A stretch of DNA of 64,000 nucleotides from Candidatus Peregrinibacteria bacterium (GTDB taxonomy: Bacteria; Patescibacteriota; Gracilibacteria; UBA1369): NCBI GenBank assembly GCA_963708185.1, contig OY970195.1, positions 32,001 through 96,000 on the forward strand. The letters run 5' to 3'. A program made the position numbers and the translations under genes. Under the pieces are notes generated by a model that was not told the DNA's origin, did no database searches, and saw only the letters and a program-made list of their open reading frames with translations. This document shows positions 55,648 to 63,807 of the stretch, piece by piece. Within the stretch, counting starts at the first letter, position 1. Each line of letters begins with the position of its first letter.

Positions 55648-56661
55648 TTAGTGCAGGTAGGCAATCTTGACGATGGGATTGATCCTGATGATTTCTTCCA
55701 CTGTGCCGCGGAGATGGGGCGGGATGTCTTGCTGGTTGCCGATCCTGTCGATGATCTGCTGGATGTTTTTTGCGAACGTTCCGAAAAATCTGGCGGTGTT
55801 GGAAACCTCGTGGGCGAAGTTGGTTTCGAGTTTTGCTTTGACGGTGTTGAGTTCATGGATCGCTCCCTGGATTTCAACGCGTTTCATGGGTTTGGTGACG
55901 AGGAGAATGCTTCGCGGAAACGATGTTTTTTTCTCGAGGATGCGGATCATGTCCTCCACGCTCCGGCGCATGTTCGAGTCGGGCGCATCGGTTTTGATTC
56001 CGGTTTCGGTCAGCGATCTTCGTATCTCCTCGACCTCATAGCTGATGGTGGTGATAAGACGGAATTTTTCCAGCTGGCGCGCGGCGACGGCAACAAGGTC
56101 TTCCAGTGGAAGTTCGGGTTCTTTGCGTTCTTCCGGGAGGGGATTGGCAATACCCAGGCGCGTAGCGACCCGCGACGGAACGGTTCTCACCGCTGAAACC
56201 TTCGGGTCGATCCGGTCGGAATCTGCGGAGGGATTGAAGAGGCGCTGGGTTTGTTTTCTCGTCTCCAGATTGATGGACGGCACCGGCATGATGCCCGTGG
56301 CACGATGATCGCTCGTGATGCTTTCAAAATGAACGGTCGCCGCTTTTTTGGTTTGTTCGTTCACCAGTCCGCCGTGCTTTTGGCTGAAAAAATCGATGAG
56401 ATCATCGAGCATGCAGATGACGGTCTGGATATGGGTGAGGTTATCCGGAATCTTCCGTCCGCCCACGATGGCGGATTTGGTTTGCAGAAGATCGTCCAGG
56501 ATTTCGGTCGCCTGGATGAGACGTTTATAGAAGTGCTGGCGGACGGTCCGGTTGTTGATATTATCGTGCGTGAGCGCTTCACCGGCGACGCCCAGCACTT
56601 TTTGCATTTTGATGCGGGCGGTCTCTTTGGAGTTTACATTGGAGTTTAAAGGTTTTTCCAT
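55648..56661 (-). CDS. Hypothetical protein
   Basis: 337-aa ORF, no recognisable motif. Confidence 0.6.
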   Translation of the reverse strand: MEKPLNSNVNSKETARIKMQKVLGVAGEALTHDNINNRTVRQHFYKRLIQATEILDDLLQTKSAIVGGRKIPDNLTHIQTVICMLDDLIDFFSQKHGGLVNEQTKKAATVHFESITSDHRATGIMPVPSINLETRKQTQRLFNPSADSDRIDPKVSAVRTVPSRVATRLGIANPLPEERKEPELPLEDLVAVAARQLEKFRLITTISYEVEEIRRSLTETGIKTDAPDSNMRRSVEDMIRILEKKTSFPRSILLVTKPMKRVEIQGAIHELNTVKAKLETNFAHEVSNTARFFGTFAKNIQQIIDRIGNQQDIPPHLRGTVEEIIRINPIVKIAYLH

Positions 56662-56684
56662 GGAGTTACAGAAAAATGGAAACC

Positions 56685-57158
56685 CTAGAGTTGGCTCGCC
56701 GGAAGCATGTCTTCGGGTTTTGACGGATCGTAGACGACTTCGATCTGTTCACCCACGCGCGGGAACCCTACTCTGGAGACAAAGACGTTGAAGCTTCCGC
56801 GGATTTTTTGTGGAGTTTCCACCGTGAGGCGGATGAGCGGAGCGAGGTTGACCGTTACGCCGGTGTCGCGGACCTCAAGGATGGTGGCCGTGGTTTTCTG
56901 ACCGTTCTTGCGGAGACGCCCCTTGAGACCCAAGTTGGAGAGGCCATGGAAACCCATGCCGATGAGCGGAGCGAAAGCGAAGAGAAAAATGAGGGCCATG
57001 AATCCAAAGAAGTAGTATCCCACTTCAGGCCCGGTTAAATACGTGTCCATAAATGCAGCAACACCGGTGGGGTTGATGGTGGCAAGAATTCCGACGGCGA
57101 TGCCCAGGGCGCCCATGATGATGCCGAACCACATGCCGATTTTGCTCCAGAGATTCAT
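56685..57158 (-). CDS. Two-TM membrane protein with C-terminal OB-like domain (DUF3592-like), paralog 1
   Basis: GRLRKNGQKTTATILEVRDTGVTVNLAP..VSRVGFPRVG..VVYDP. Confidence 0.7.
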   Translation of the reverse strand: MNLWSKIGMWFGIIMGALGIAVGILATINPTGVAAFMDTYLTGPEVGYYFFGFMALIFLFAFAPLIGMGFHGLSNLGLKGRLRKNGQKTTATILEVRDTGVTVNLAPLIRLTVETPQKIRGSFNVFVSRVGFPRVGEQIEVVYDPSKPEDMLPASQL

Positions 57159-57227
57159 AATGTGTGAGGTAAGAAGTAAGGCTCGTTTAGGTTATATTAC
57201 TGGTATTCCTGTTTCCCTTCAATGCTG

Positions 57228-57824
57228 TTACGGTTTCTGCAGATCGGTCACCTGGTCGTTGATGTTTGTGGGGTATACATCCTGTTTGCTGTTGGTCAGA
57301 TCAGTGATCTGACCGTTGATGGGGATGGGGATGGTGTCGATGAACAGGGCCGCTCCGTCAAAATCCATGCTGTCTTTGATGGCGGCATTGACGTCCATGT
57401 ACTCCCGGTCCTGCTGGAAAGGCAACGGTTTCACGGTATATTGGACGGCGAGCGTGAAAGGACTGACCGTTCCTTTGAGCAGTTCCACCGGAACGTCGTA
57501 GAGCCGGTTCTGGACGTGAACCTGCAGAATGGCATTGGGAGGGTTGATGGTCTGGGAGTTGAGCATGTTCACAAAGTCGCCGCTCTTCATTCGGCCGGTC
57601 TGGCGGTACGGCCGGTCGGTAAAGTAGAGCGCTTCCGGTGCGTTTTGCATCGTCAGCGTGTAGGTGCCGTCTGCGGATTTTTGGAGTGACGCGTTCTGGG
57701 CGTCCTGGACGTAGAGTTCGGTTTTGGCATTTGCCCTGGTCAGGAGAATGCCAAACAACACCACGTTGATGACGATGGATGCCACGGCAAGGTACCCCCA
57801 GCGGTTGGGAGTTTGATTTTTCAT
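57228..57824 (-). CDS. Secreted/membrane-anchored hypothetical protein (FTDRP..PPNA motif)
   Basis: N-terminal TM; LYFTDRPYR, NPPNAIL, LFID. Confidence 0.65.
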   Translation of the reverse strand: MKNQTPNRWGYLAVASIVINVVLFGILLTRANAKTELYVQDAQNASLQKSADGTYTLTMQNAPEALYFTDRPYRQTGRMKSGDFVNMLNSQTINPPNAILQVHVQNRLYDVPVELLKGTVSPFTLAVQYTVKPLPFQQDREYMDVNAAIKDSMDFDGAALFIDTIPIPINGQITDLTNSKQDVYPTNINDQVTDLQKP

Positions 57825-58312
57825 GGAAGAAGGGAGTTATGGGATTTTATCTGTTTGGATATGGCTTTTTCCTGTTTCGTCGGGCCGGCCTGGATAAAAA
57901 TGATGATGCCGATGATCAAAAATATCAGTGTTTCAAAAATCTGGATTCCGGTTCCGAGGTAAACGATCCAGGGGTTGTAGATGCGGGCCTGGGGCGGGTT
58001 CGCCGGGTCATAAAATACATCGACTTTATCTCCGGACTGGTACATGGGAGGGGTCGACGTATCTCCCGATTCGAACTCCTGGGTTTGCCCGGCGGCGGTG
58101 GTGAAGTGTACGACCGGTCCGTAGTTTTCGTCCGACGTGCCCTGGAGGTAGGTTTTCATATCGACGACCACGCCCTGGGCGTGCAGGCTGTTTTTCACGA
58201 GAGTGCTGGTGTCCACATACGAGTTCCAGGCGCTCATCGCCGTAAAAAACGCGACGACAAGAAACGATAACCTGATGATCAATCTGATAACGCTGCCAAG
58301 AGAAATCTGCAT
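57821..58312 (-). CDS. DUF3592-like membrane protein
   Basis: AQGVVVD..PVVHFTTAAG..GDKVDVFYDPANPPQARI-TM. Confidence 0.8.
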   Translation of the reverse strand: MQISLGSVIRLIIRLSFLVVAFFTAMSAWNSYVDTSTLVKNSLHAQGVVVDMKTYLQGTSDENYGPVVHFTTAAGQTQEFESGDTSTPPMYQSGDKVDVFYDPANPPQARIYNPWIVYLGTGIQIFETLIFLIIGIIIFIQAGPTKQEKAISKQIKSHNSLLP

Positions 58313-58331
58313 GTGTTATGGAGTCAAAAGG

Positions 58332-58829
58332 TTATTTTTCGAATAGATATGCCGGTCGGATTTCTTTCGGGTTTTCGGGGTTGAAGACGACGTCGACTTT
58401 GTCTCCGGGTCTGGGAAAGCCCACGCGGGAGACGAAGGTGTTGAAGGATCCTTTCACATGGTTGGGGAGTTCAACGGTCATGACCACCATCGGGGCAAGG
58501 TTCACCGTTACACCCGTGTCCTCAATGCTGACGACGGTTGCATCGGTTTTCTGTCCTATTTTCCGCAGGCGTCCCTTGACACCAAAGCCTCGAACGAAAT
58601 CTACGATGAACGGTAAAAGCATCGCGAGTACAACGATACCCATGCCTCCCACAAAGATCCAGAGGATCCAGGTCAGGTCCACATCTCCGTTGAAGAGCGG
58701 GGTGTCGAGCAGTGAAGGGGCAAAGATACCCACCCCGGCGGGGATAAGCACGAACAGAATGATTGAGAGGGCTCCAATAGCGATTCCACCCCACATGGCT
58801 ATCAGCGTCATGAGTCTTCGGAAGGTCAT
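58332..58829 (-). CDS. Two-TM membrane protein, paralog 2
   Basis: GVKGRLRKIGQKTDATVVSIEDTGVTVNLAP. Confidence 0.7.
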   Translation of the reverse strand: MTFRRLMTLIAMWGGIAIGALSIILFVLIPAGVGIFAPSLLDTPLFNGDVDLTWILWIFVGGMGIVVLAMLLPFIVDFVRGFGVKGRLRKIGQKTDATVVSIEDTGVTVNLAPMVVMTVELPNHVKGSFNTFVSRVGFPRPGDKVDVVFNPENPKEIRPAYLFEK

Positions 58830-58867
58830 GGTTGAGGGATTAAAGGTTTGGGGAAAAGAGTAGGACG

Positions 58868-59365
58868 TTATTTTTTGATCTGATACGCCGGGCGGATTTC
58901 GGTGGGTTTGTTCGGGTTGAAGACGACGTCGACCCGGTCGCCCGCCCTTGGGAAGTCCACGCGGGAAACATAGGTTTCAAAAGATCCTTTGATGTGGTTG
59001 GGAAGTTCCACGGTTACGACCACGAGCGGAGCCAGGTTCATCGTTACTCCCGTGTCCTCAACGCTGACCACGGTGGCGGTAGTTTTCTGTCCAATCTTGC
59101 GCAGGCGTCCTTTGACACCGAAGTTCAGAAAGAAGTCTACCAAGAACGGTGAAAGCGAGGCAAAGAAAATGAAGCCCATGCCGCCCATGAAAAACCATAT
59201 GATCCAGTTGATGTCGACTTCTCCTTTGAAAATAGGAGTGTCAAGGACGGAAGGGGCAAAGATGCCCAATGCTCCCGGAATAATGACGAAGAGAATGATT
59301 GCCAGTGCACCAAGGGTGATTCCACCCCACGTCGATATTTTCATCATGAGCTGCCGATAGGTCAT
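58868..59365 (-). CDS. Two-TM membrane protein, paralog 3 (tandem duplicate of 58332-58829)
   Basis: Same length (165 aa) and colinear with paralog 2. Confidence 0.7.
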   Translation of the reverse strand: MTYRQLMMKISTWGGITLGALAIILFVIIPGALGIFAPSVLDTPIFKGEVDINWIIWFFMGGMGFIFFASLSPFLVDFFLNFGVKGRLRKIGQKTTATVVSVEDTGVTMNLAPLVVVTVELPNHIKGSFETYVSRVDFPRAGDRVDVVFNPNKPTEIRPAYQIKK

Positions 59366-59376
59366 AGAAAGTGAGG

Positions 59377-59655
59377 TTAGGGTAAGTTATGGGGGTTGAA
59401 GTTATCGTTGATTCCCGTCTGGTCTTTCTCCTTTTTTTCATCCGGAGAAAGAGAGCGCAGCGAAAAGTACATGACCACGCCGATGATGAGGAATAAGATG
59501 CCGATCCCTCCGGCAATACCCGGTCCGAGCCAGCGTTCAAGCGGATCGAGATCCTGGAAAACCGCTTCCTGAAAGTACATGAACACGGCAACCGACATAA
59601 GGATAATGCCGACGGCCGGAAAGATGAGCGCAATGGTGGAGGCGGGATTTTTCAT
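59377..59655 (-). CDS. Small two-TM hypothetical protein
   Basis: 92 aa, two hydrophobic helices. Confidence 0.6.
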   Translation of the reverse strand: MKNPASTIALIFPAVGIILMSVAVFMYFQEAVFQDLDPLERWLGPGIAGGIGILFLIIGVVMYFSLRSLSPDEKKEKDQTGINDNFNPHNLP

Positions 59656-59691
59656 GGCCTGATGGTATCAGGCCGGAGACTTCCCGGCAAT

Positions 59692-60456
59692 TTATTTTGA
59701 TCCGCCCATCGCCTTTCTGGCGCCTTCAATGAAGGCGCGGTATTCGTTTTTGCCGTCGGGCCAGTTTTCGTCCGCGCCCCAGGGCGGCAGTTGGTCGGAA
59801 TCCAGGCAGGCTTTTATGTCCATCAGCGTGGGCTCCACCCAGGAATCGTCCCCAACATAGGTGATGATCTCTTCCGTGAACTTGAGTTTCGATCCAAAGC
59901 GCCGCGGGGTTTTTAGGGCGTTGGCAAACACAAAGTACGCGGTGTTACTCACGGTAAAACCGTTGCGGCGGAGCAGCCACTGGTAGACTTCGGCCTGGCG
60001 TTTGTAGCTCTGTTTGTATTTGTCGTCCAGGCTGATCTCCTTAGCGGTGGAGGTGCTCTTGTAATCCACCACGTGGAGTTCGCCGTGCTTGTTGATCCAG
60101 AGGTCGTCCACTGCTCCGAACACCAGAAAATTCGTGGGCTTATGCACAAAGCGCACGCCCTTGAAGTTTTCGCGCCAGTCGTCCATCTGGGGGTTCTGGT
60201 AGGGGACGGCGTTGATGTGGAATTCGGCCATGAGCGGGTGCGGCTCCTTTTTGGCGCGATAGGCGTCGAACTCCTTTTTGAGCAGCGCGTCCACGGCGGA
60301 GTTGAGGCTGAAGCCGGGCATGCCGGGCGGTTTCACACCCAGGCGGCGGTCCAGATAAAAGGTGCGCGGGCAGGTCAAAAAAAGCTCGATCTTGCTGCGT
60401 GAGAGCTTGAAAGGTTCTTTGCTTGCGGGATCGTACAGGTGAGAGGTGCGGGGCAT
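59692..60456 (-). CDS. PD-(D/E)XK nuclease family protein (RecB/Cas4-like)
   Basis: LSRSKI..CPRTFY, GAVDDL, VVDYKST, RQAEVY; ATG at 60456 (MPRTSHL). Confidence 0.85.
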   Translation of the reverse strand: MPRTSHLYDPASKEPFKLSRSKIELFLTCPRTFYLDRRLGVKPPGMPGFSLNSAVDALLKKEFDAYRAKKEPHPLMAEFHINAVPYQNPQMDDWRENFKGVRFVHKPTNFLVFGAVDDLWINKHGELHVVDYKSTSTAKEISLDDKYKQSYKRQAEVYQWLLRRNGFTVSNTAYFVFANALKTPRRFGSKLKFTEEIITYVGDDSWVEPTLMDIKACLDSDQLPPWGADENWPDGKNEYRAFIEGARKAMGGSK

Positions 60457-60489
60457 GGGGGGGTTGAAAAGTTCTTTTATTATAGCACT

Positions 60490-60688
60490 TTTCGTATTTG
60501 TTGTAATAGACCAGGCGTCGGATGCCGCGATAGCTGGAAAGGTCCGGCTCGTAAAGTGCTTCGCCGGAAATTTTTTGGCCGTTTTCCATTTTCGTTGAAA
60601 GAAAGAGCACGTTGAGCGGGAAGATGTTGAGCTCGAACCTGTGCGCCACCGTGAGCCTGTTTGGAATGAAAGCGAAACCGTTGGACAT
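60490..60688 (-). pseudogene. Truncated paralog of the riboswitch-associated 132-aa protein
   Basis: First ~66 aa (FAFIPNRLTVAHRFELNIFPLNVLF..ALYEPDLSSY..YYNKY) align to 63060-63458, then homology stops. Confidence 0.7.
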
Positions 60689-60697
60689 GAGGGTATA

Positions 60698-60782
60698 TTT
60701 ATCAACTCTGGTTGGAGTACCTTGCCGCGCGGCAGGTTGCTGACGGGTCAGGGAGCCAGGGCTCTCGCCGTCTCTTGATAAA
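60698..60782 (-). ncRNA. SAM-I-type riboswitch (P4-less), copy 1
   Basis: Minus strand: TTTATC-AAGAG-ACGG-CGA-GAGC-CCTG-GCTC-CC-TGA-CCCGT-CAGCAACCT..AAGGTACT-CCAA-CCAG..GATAAA. Confidence 0.75.
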
Positions 60783-60792
60783 ATGGGATTCG

Positions 60793-60821
60793 ATTATGCG
60801 GGTGGGTTTTGCTTATTGCAA
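60793..60821 (-). promoter_or_regulatory. Putative sigma70 promoter for riboswitch copy 1
   Basis: TTGCAA-17 nt-CATAAT on the minus strand, about 10 nt before P1. Confidence 0.55.
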
Positions 60822-60841
60822 GAAATTTGTTAATTTTTTGT

Positions 60842-60918
60842 ACATTGAACGTATTTATTACGCTGCCGCCTCTGCTAAAGCTCCCACTAAGCGGCAGCGT
60901 AATAAATACGTTCAATGT
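60842..60918. repeat. Perfect 28-bp inverted repeat with 21-nt spacer
   Basis: ACATTGAACGTATTTATTACGCTGCCGC (60842-60869) / GCGGCAGCGTAATAAATACGTTCAATGT (60891-60918). Confidence 0.95.
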
Positions 60919-61100
60919 TGTCAACCAAGCAATTATTACGAACGCTAGTAGTGTTTTTGATAGTTTGGATTTGTCGGATTTGTTTGACATGGTGAAAATT
61001 CTTACTGAAGACATAGTATCAAAAAAGCGCAGGAGAATCAACAAAAGAGGCCATTGTGGTAAAGGGCGGTGACGATCGACGATGGAAATGTTGGGCTATT

Positions 61101-61478
61101 TTATTTTGATTCGACAAGCTTGATTTTCATTCGATACTCTTTAAGTTTAATTTTGTCAGATACAGGTTTTAAGGCCATTTTTAAAGGTTTTTCGGCCTTG
61201 CCAACAATAATTAGCCCGCGTACTTTTTGTCCTTTCTTTGCAAGATTTTCTTGTACCCATCCCATGTAATTTAGAACTTGTCCCTCTATCCAACCTGTAG
61301 CGTCATCCAATTTTTTTACAGGTTCTTCGAAAGACGCCACATGTTTTCTTGAAATTCCAAATACACGAAAAAATTCATTCCAAAAGGTTTGAGCCTCAGC
61401 TTTTTCACGCTTTGCATCACGCCATTCGCGTGAGAATTCAATAGCTCTTTTTCTGATTTCATTCCAGTTTAAAACCAT
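61101..61478 (-). pseudogene. Chimera of an MmeI-type (Type IIL R-M) N-terminus and a NucS/DUF91-like C-terminus
   Basis: LNWNEIRKRAIEFSREW..EKAEAQTFWNEFFRVFGISR..FEEPV, then GQVLNYMGWV..VRGLIIV. Confidence 0.65.
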
Positions 61479-61596
61479 ATGTATTTTTGGTATTTGTTTT
61501 TTGTTTTATTATCTTATTATTTTACCATAAATTTTGATTTTTGTCTTCAGCTAAAAATGGCTTAGATGAACCTTAAATATTGGTATAATTTGAATT

Positions 61597-62400
61597 TTAA
61601 AAACGGCCTCTCCAGTGAGCACGAGATTTTAGTGTCGCAATATCATTTTTTTCAATTTTTTCTAGATATTGTTCAAATTTTGTAAAATCTACAATATCTA
61701 GTAAAAAATATTCATTATTTTCTTGGCCAGATTTATTTATATAACTATAATTTACCTCTAATTCAAAATCTGAATCATTGATATTTTTAAATTTATCATC
61801 GCCAATATCGATTTTATAAAGTTTACTAAAGTCGCTGCAAAGAATAATAGGATAATAAACATCGTCAATAAAATGATGCTGCAATTTTTTTTGTTCATTC
61901 GAAATAAAACCTTTTTTTCTTAAGTTGATTGTTCCATTTAGCGCTTGATTTAAAGCTCTATAGAAGTCTTCTGATTCGTGAGTTTTTTGTGGATCTTTGC
62001 TCGATGAGAATAATTTTCCTACCCTGGTATCCCAAAAATTATGATGTTTTTCAATCATAACATTACTTGCGTGCTCTTCTAGTCCAGTGTTTCTCATAAT
62101 CATCTGTTCTGCCGAATTTTTGTCTTTTTCGTCAAACCAAAACACGGTTTCATTAGAAATATATTTGCATTCTATAAAAAGCTGTACACGTACGACGCCA
62201 TATTTGCTATCCATCGTAGCCACTCCGAAGTTTTTTTCGGCAATAATGTCGATTTCACGTGGTTTATTTGTTTGATTGTCGCTGTAATAGGGGCTAATCA
62301 ATACTGTCCATCCTTTTTCTCTTAGGAATTGAATAACTTTGGAATGGAACGTGTTGCCACTTTTTTCAATTATCTCCTGAATTGGATCTTTTTTTGCCAT
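61597..62400 (-). CDS. AT-rich PD-(D/E)XK-like nuclease
   Basis: SG.TFHSKV..GWTV.ISPYY.D..KPREIDIIAEK..LFIECK. Confidence 0.7.
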   Translation of the reverse strand: MAKKDPIQEIIEKSGNTFHSKVIQFLREKGWTVLISPYYSDNQTNKPREIDIIAEKNFGVATMDSKYGVVRVQLFIECKYISNETVFWFDEKDKNSAEQMIMRNTGLEEHASNVMIEKHHNFWDTRVGKLFSSSKDPQKTHESEDFYRALNQALNGTINLRKKGFISNEQKKLQHHFIDDVYYPIILCSDFSKLYKIDIGDDKFKNINDSDFELEVNYSYINKSGQENNEYFLLDIVDFTKFEQYLEKIEKNDIATLKSRAHWRGRF

Positions 62401-62412
62401 TAGTAAGTTTTT

Positions 62413-62436
62413 AAAAAGCCGCCATATGGCGGCTTT
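62413..62436 (-). terminator. Intrinsic terminator downstream of the dnaK remnant
   Basis: AAAGCCGCCA-TA-TGGCGGCTTTTT on the minus strand. Confidence 0.75.
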
Positions 62437-62468
62437 ATTGTGATCCTAGTTTTGAACCAGGACAACTC

Positions 62469-62904
<436 letters not shown>

Positions 62905-62914
62905 CGTTGTTCGT

Positions 62915-62942
62915 TTGACTTTTCAGTATCTTCAAGTATCTT
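62915..62942 (+). promoter_or_regulatory. Putative sigma70 promoter for riboswitch copy 2
   Basis: TTGACT-16 nt-TATCTT about 10 nt before P1. Confidence 0.45.
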
Positions 62943-62952
62943 TCTGGTGCTT

Positions 62953-63051
62953 TTTATCAAGAGACGGCGAGAGCCCTGGCTTTGTGACCCGTCAGCAACC
63001 TGCACGCGCGGAAACGCGCGGGGGAAGGTGCTCCAACCAGGATTTGATAAG
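62953..63051 (+). ncRNA. SAM-I-type riboswitch (P4-less), copy 2
   Basis: P1 TTATC/GATAA; AAGAG; P2 ACGG/CCGT with GA/TGA k-turn; loop CCTGG pairs with CCAGG; P3 CAGCAACC/GGTGCT capped by CGCGCG-GAAA-CGCGCG. Confidence 0.85.
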
Positions 63052-63059
63052 AATCTGCC

Positions 63060-63458
63060 ATGGCTACGCCTTTTGCTTTCATTCCAAACAGACTCACCGT
63101 CGCGCACAGGTTTGAGCTGAATGTTTTTCCGCTGAACGTGCTTTTTGCTTCCAAGCGGACGGTACGGGGCAGGGAGGTCTACGTTTCGGCGCTGTATGCG
63201 CCCGATCTTTCGAGCTATTGGACGTGCACGGCTTCGCCCGCGGGCGGGAAACTGCACCGGATGTGGTATTCCAACAAATACGACCGGGACTGGCGGCTGG
63301 AGATCATCTATCACGAGCAGAACCGGAATTACCGGGCCGTAAAGCTGCACCGGGACAAGCGCGTTTTTATGGTTTCCGGCAAGGACTGGCAGTCGTTTTT
63401 TATTTCTCTGACCGGGCGCGGGGTGGAGGAGCGGGAGGGGTGCAGGGAGAGGTTTTAA
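63060..63458 (+). CDS. Uncharacterised 132-aa soluble protein directly downstream of the SAM-I riboswitch
   Basis: ATG 9 nt after the GATAA of P1; followed by a terminator; the paralog at 60688 differs mostly at third codon positions in its 5' part, which supports coding. Confidence 0.8.
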   Translation: MATPFAFIPNRLTVAHRFELNVFPLNVLFASKRTVRGREVYVSALYAPDLSSYWTCTASPAGGKLHRMWYSNKYDRDWRLEIIYHEQNRNYRAVKLHRDKRVFMVSGKDWQSFFISLTGRGVEEREGCRERF

Positions 63459-63483
63459 AAAAGCCGCCCATCGGGCGGCTTTT
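63457..63483. terminator. Bidirectional intrinsic terminator
   Basis: AAAAAAGCCGCCC-ATC-GGGCGGCTTTT between convergent genes. Confidence 0.85.
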
Positions 63484-63486
63484 GCT

Positions 63487-63783
63487 TTATTGATTTTGCG
63501 GTCCGGCCGAGTCTTCGGTGGGCGGGATGAGGCCCTTGAGTTTCTGGAGGAGGTTGTCGGCGGGTTTGAGGCGCTGTTCGATGATTTCGGCCATCTGCAG
63601 GGCCGTGGAATGCGGGATGAAGACGCGGGAGGTGACCACGGCTTCGCCGGGCGCGAGTCCCGGGACAATGAAGGTCAGGCAGACGTCTTTGTCCGTGGTG
63701 GCGATCATGACGTCCGTCCCGTGGGTTCCGCGGATGATTTTTTCGTCGTATTTGAGCTGGAGCTGGATCTTTTTATCGTCCAT
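63487..63783 (-). CDS. Hypothetical protein (DUF3467-like)
   Basis: IQL..IIRG..V.LTF..VTSRVFIP pattern. Confidence 0.55.
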   Translation of the reverse strand: MDDKKIQLQLKYDEKIIRGTHGTDVMIATTDKDVCLTFIVPGLAPGEAVVTSRVFIPHSTALQMAEIIEQRLKPADNLLQKLKGLIPPTEDSAGPQNQ

Positions 63784-63807
63784 AAAAAAGAGGAATGAAT
63801 TGGTAGG

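Noticed and set aside
56685-59365. Possible DGR template/variable repeat pair among the paralogs
   Set aside because: Differences are not adenine-specific, both copies are full ORFs and no reverse transcriptase is in the window
60457-60705. 337-aa version of the PD-(D/E)XK nuclease and the 182-aa ORF 60140-60688
   Set aside because: Both are read-through frames across the truncation junction; homology supports a nuclease start at 60456 and a paralog fragment ending near 60490
60809-61072. Plus-strand 87-aa ORF sharing TLNVFITLP with the minus-strand ORF
   Set aside because: The apparent similarity is produced by the 28-bp inverted repeat itself
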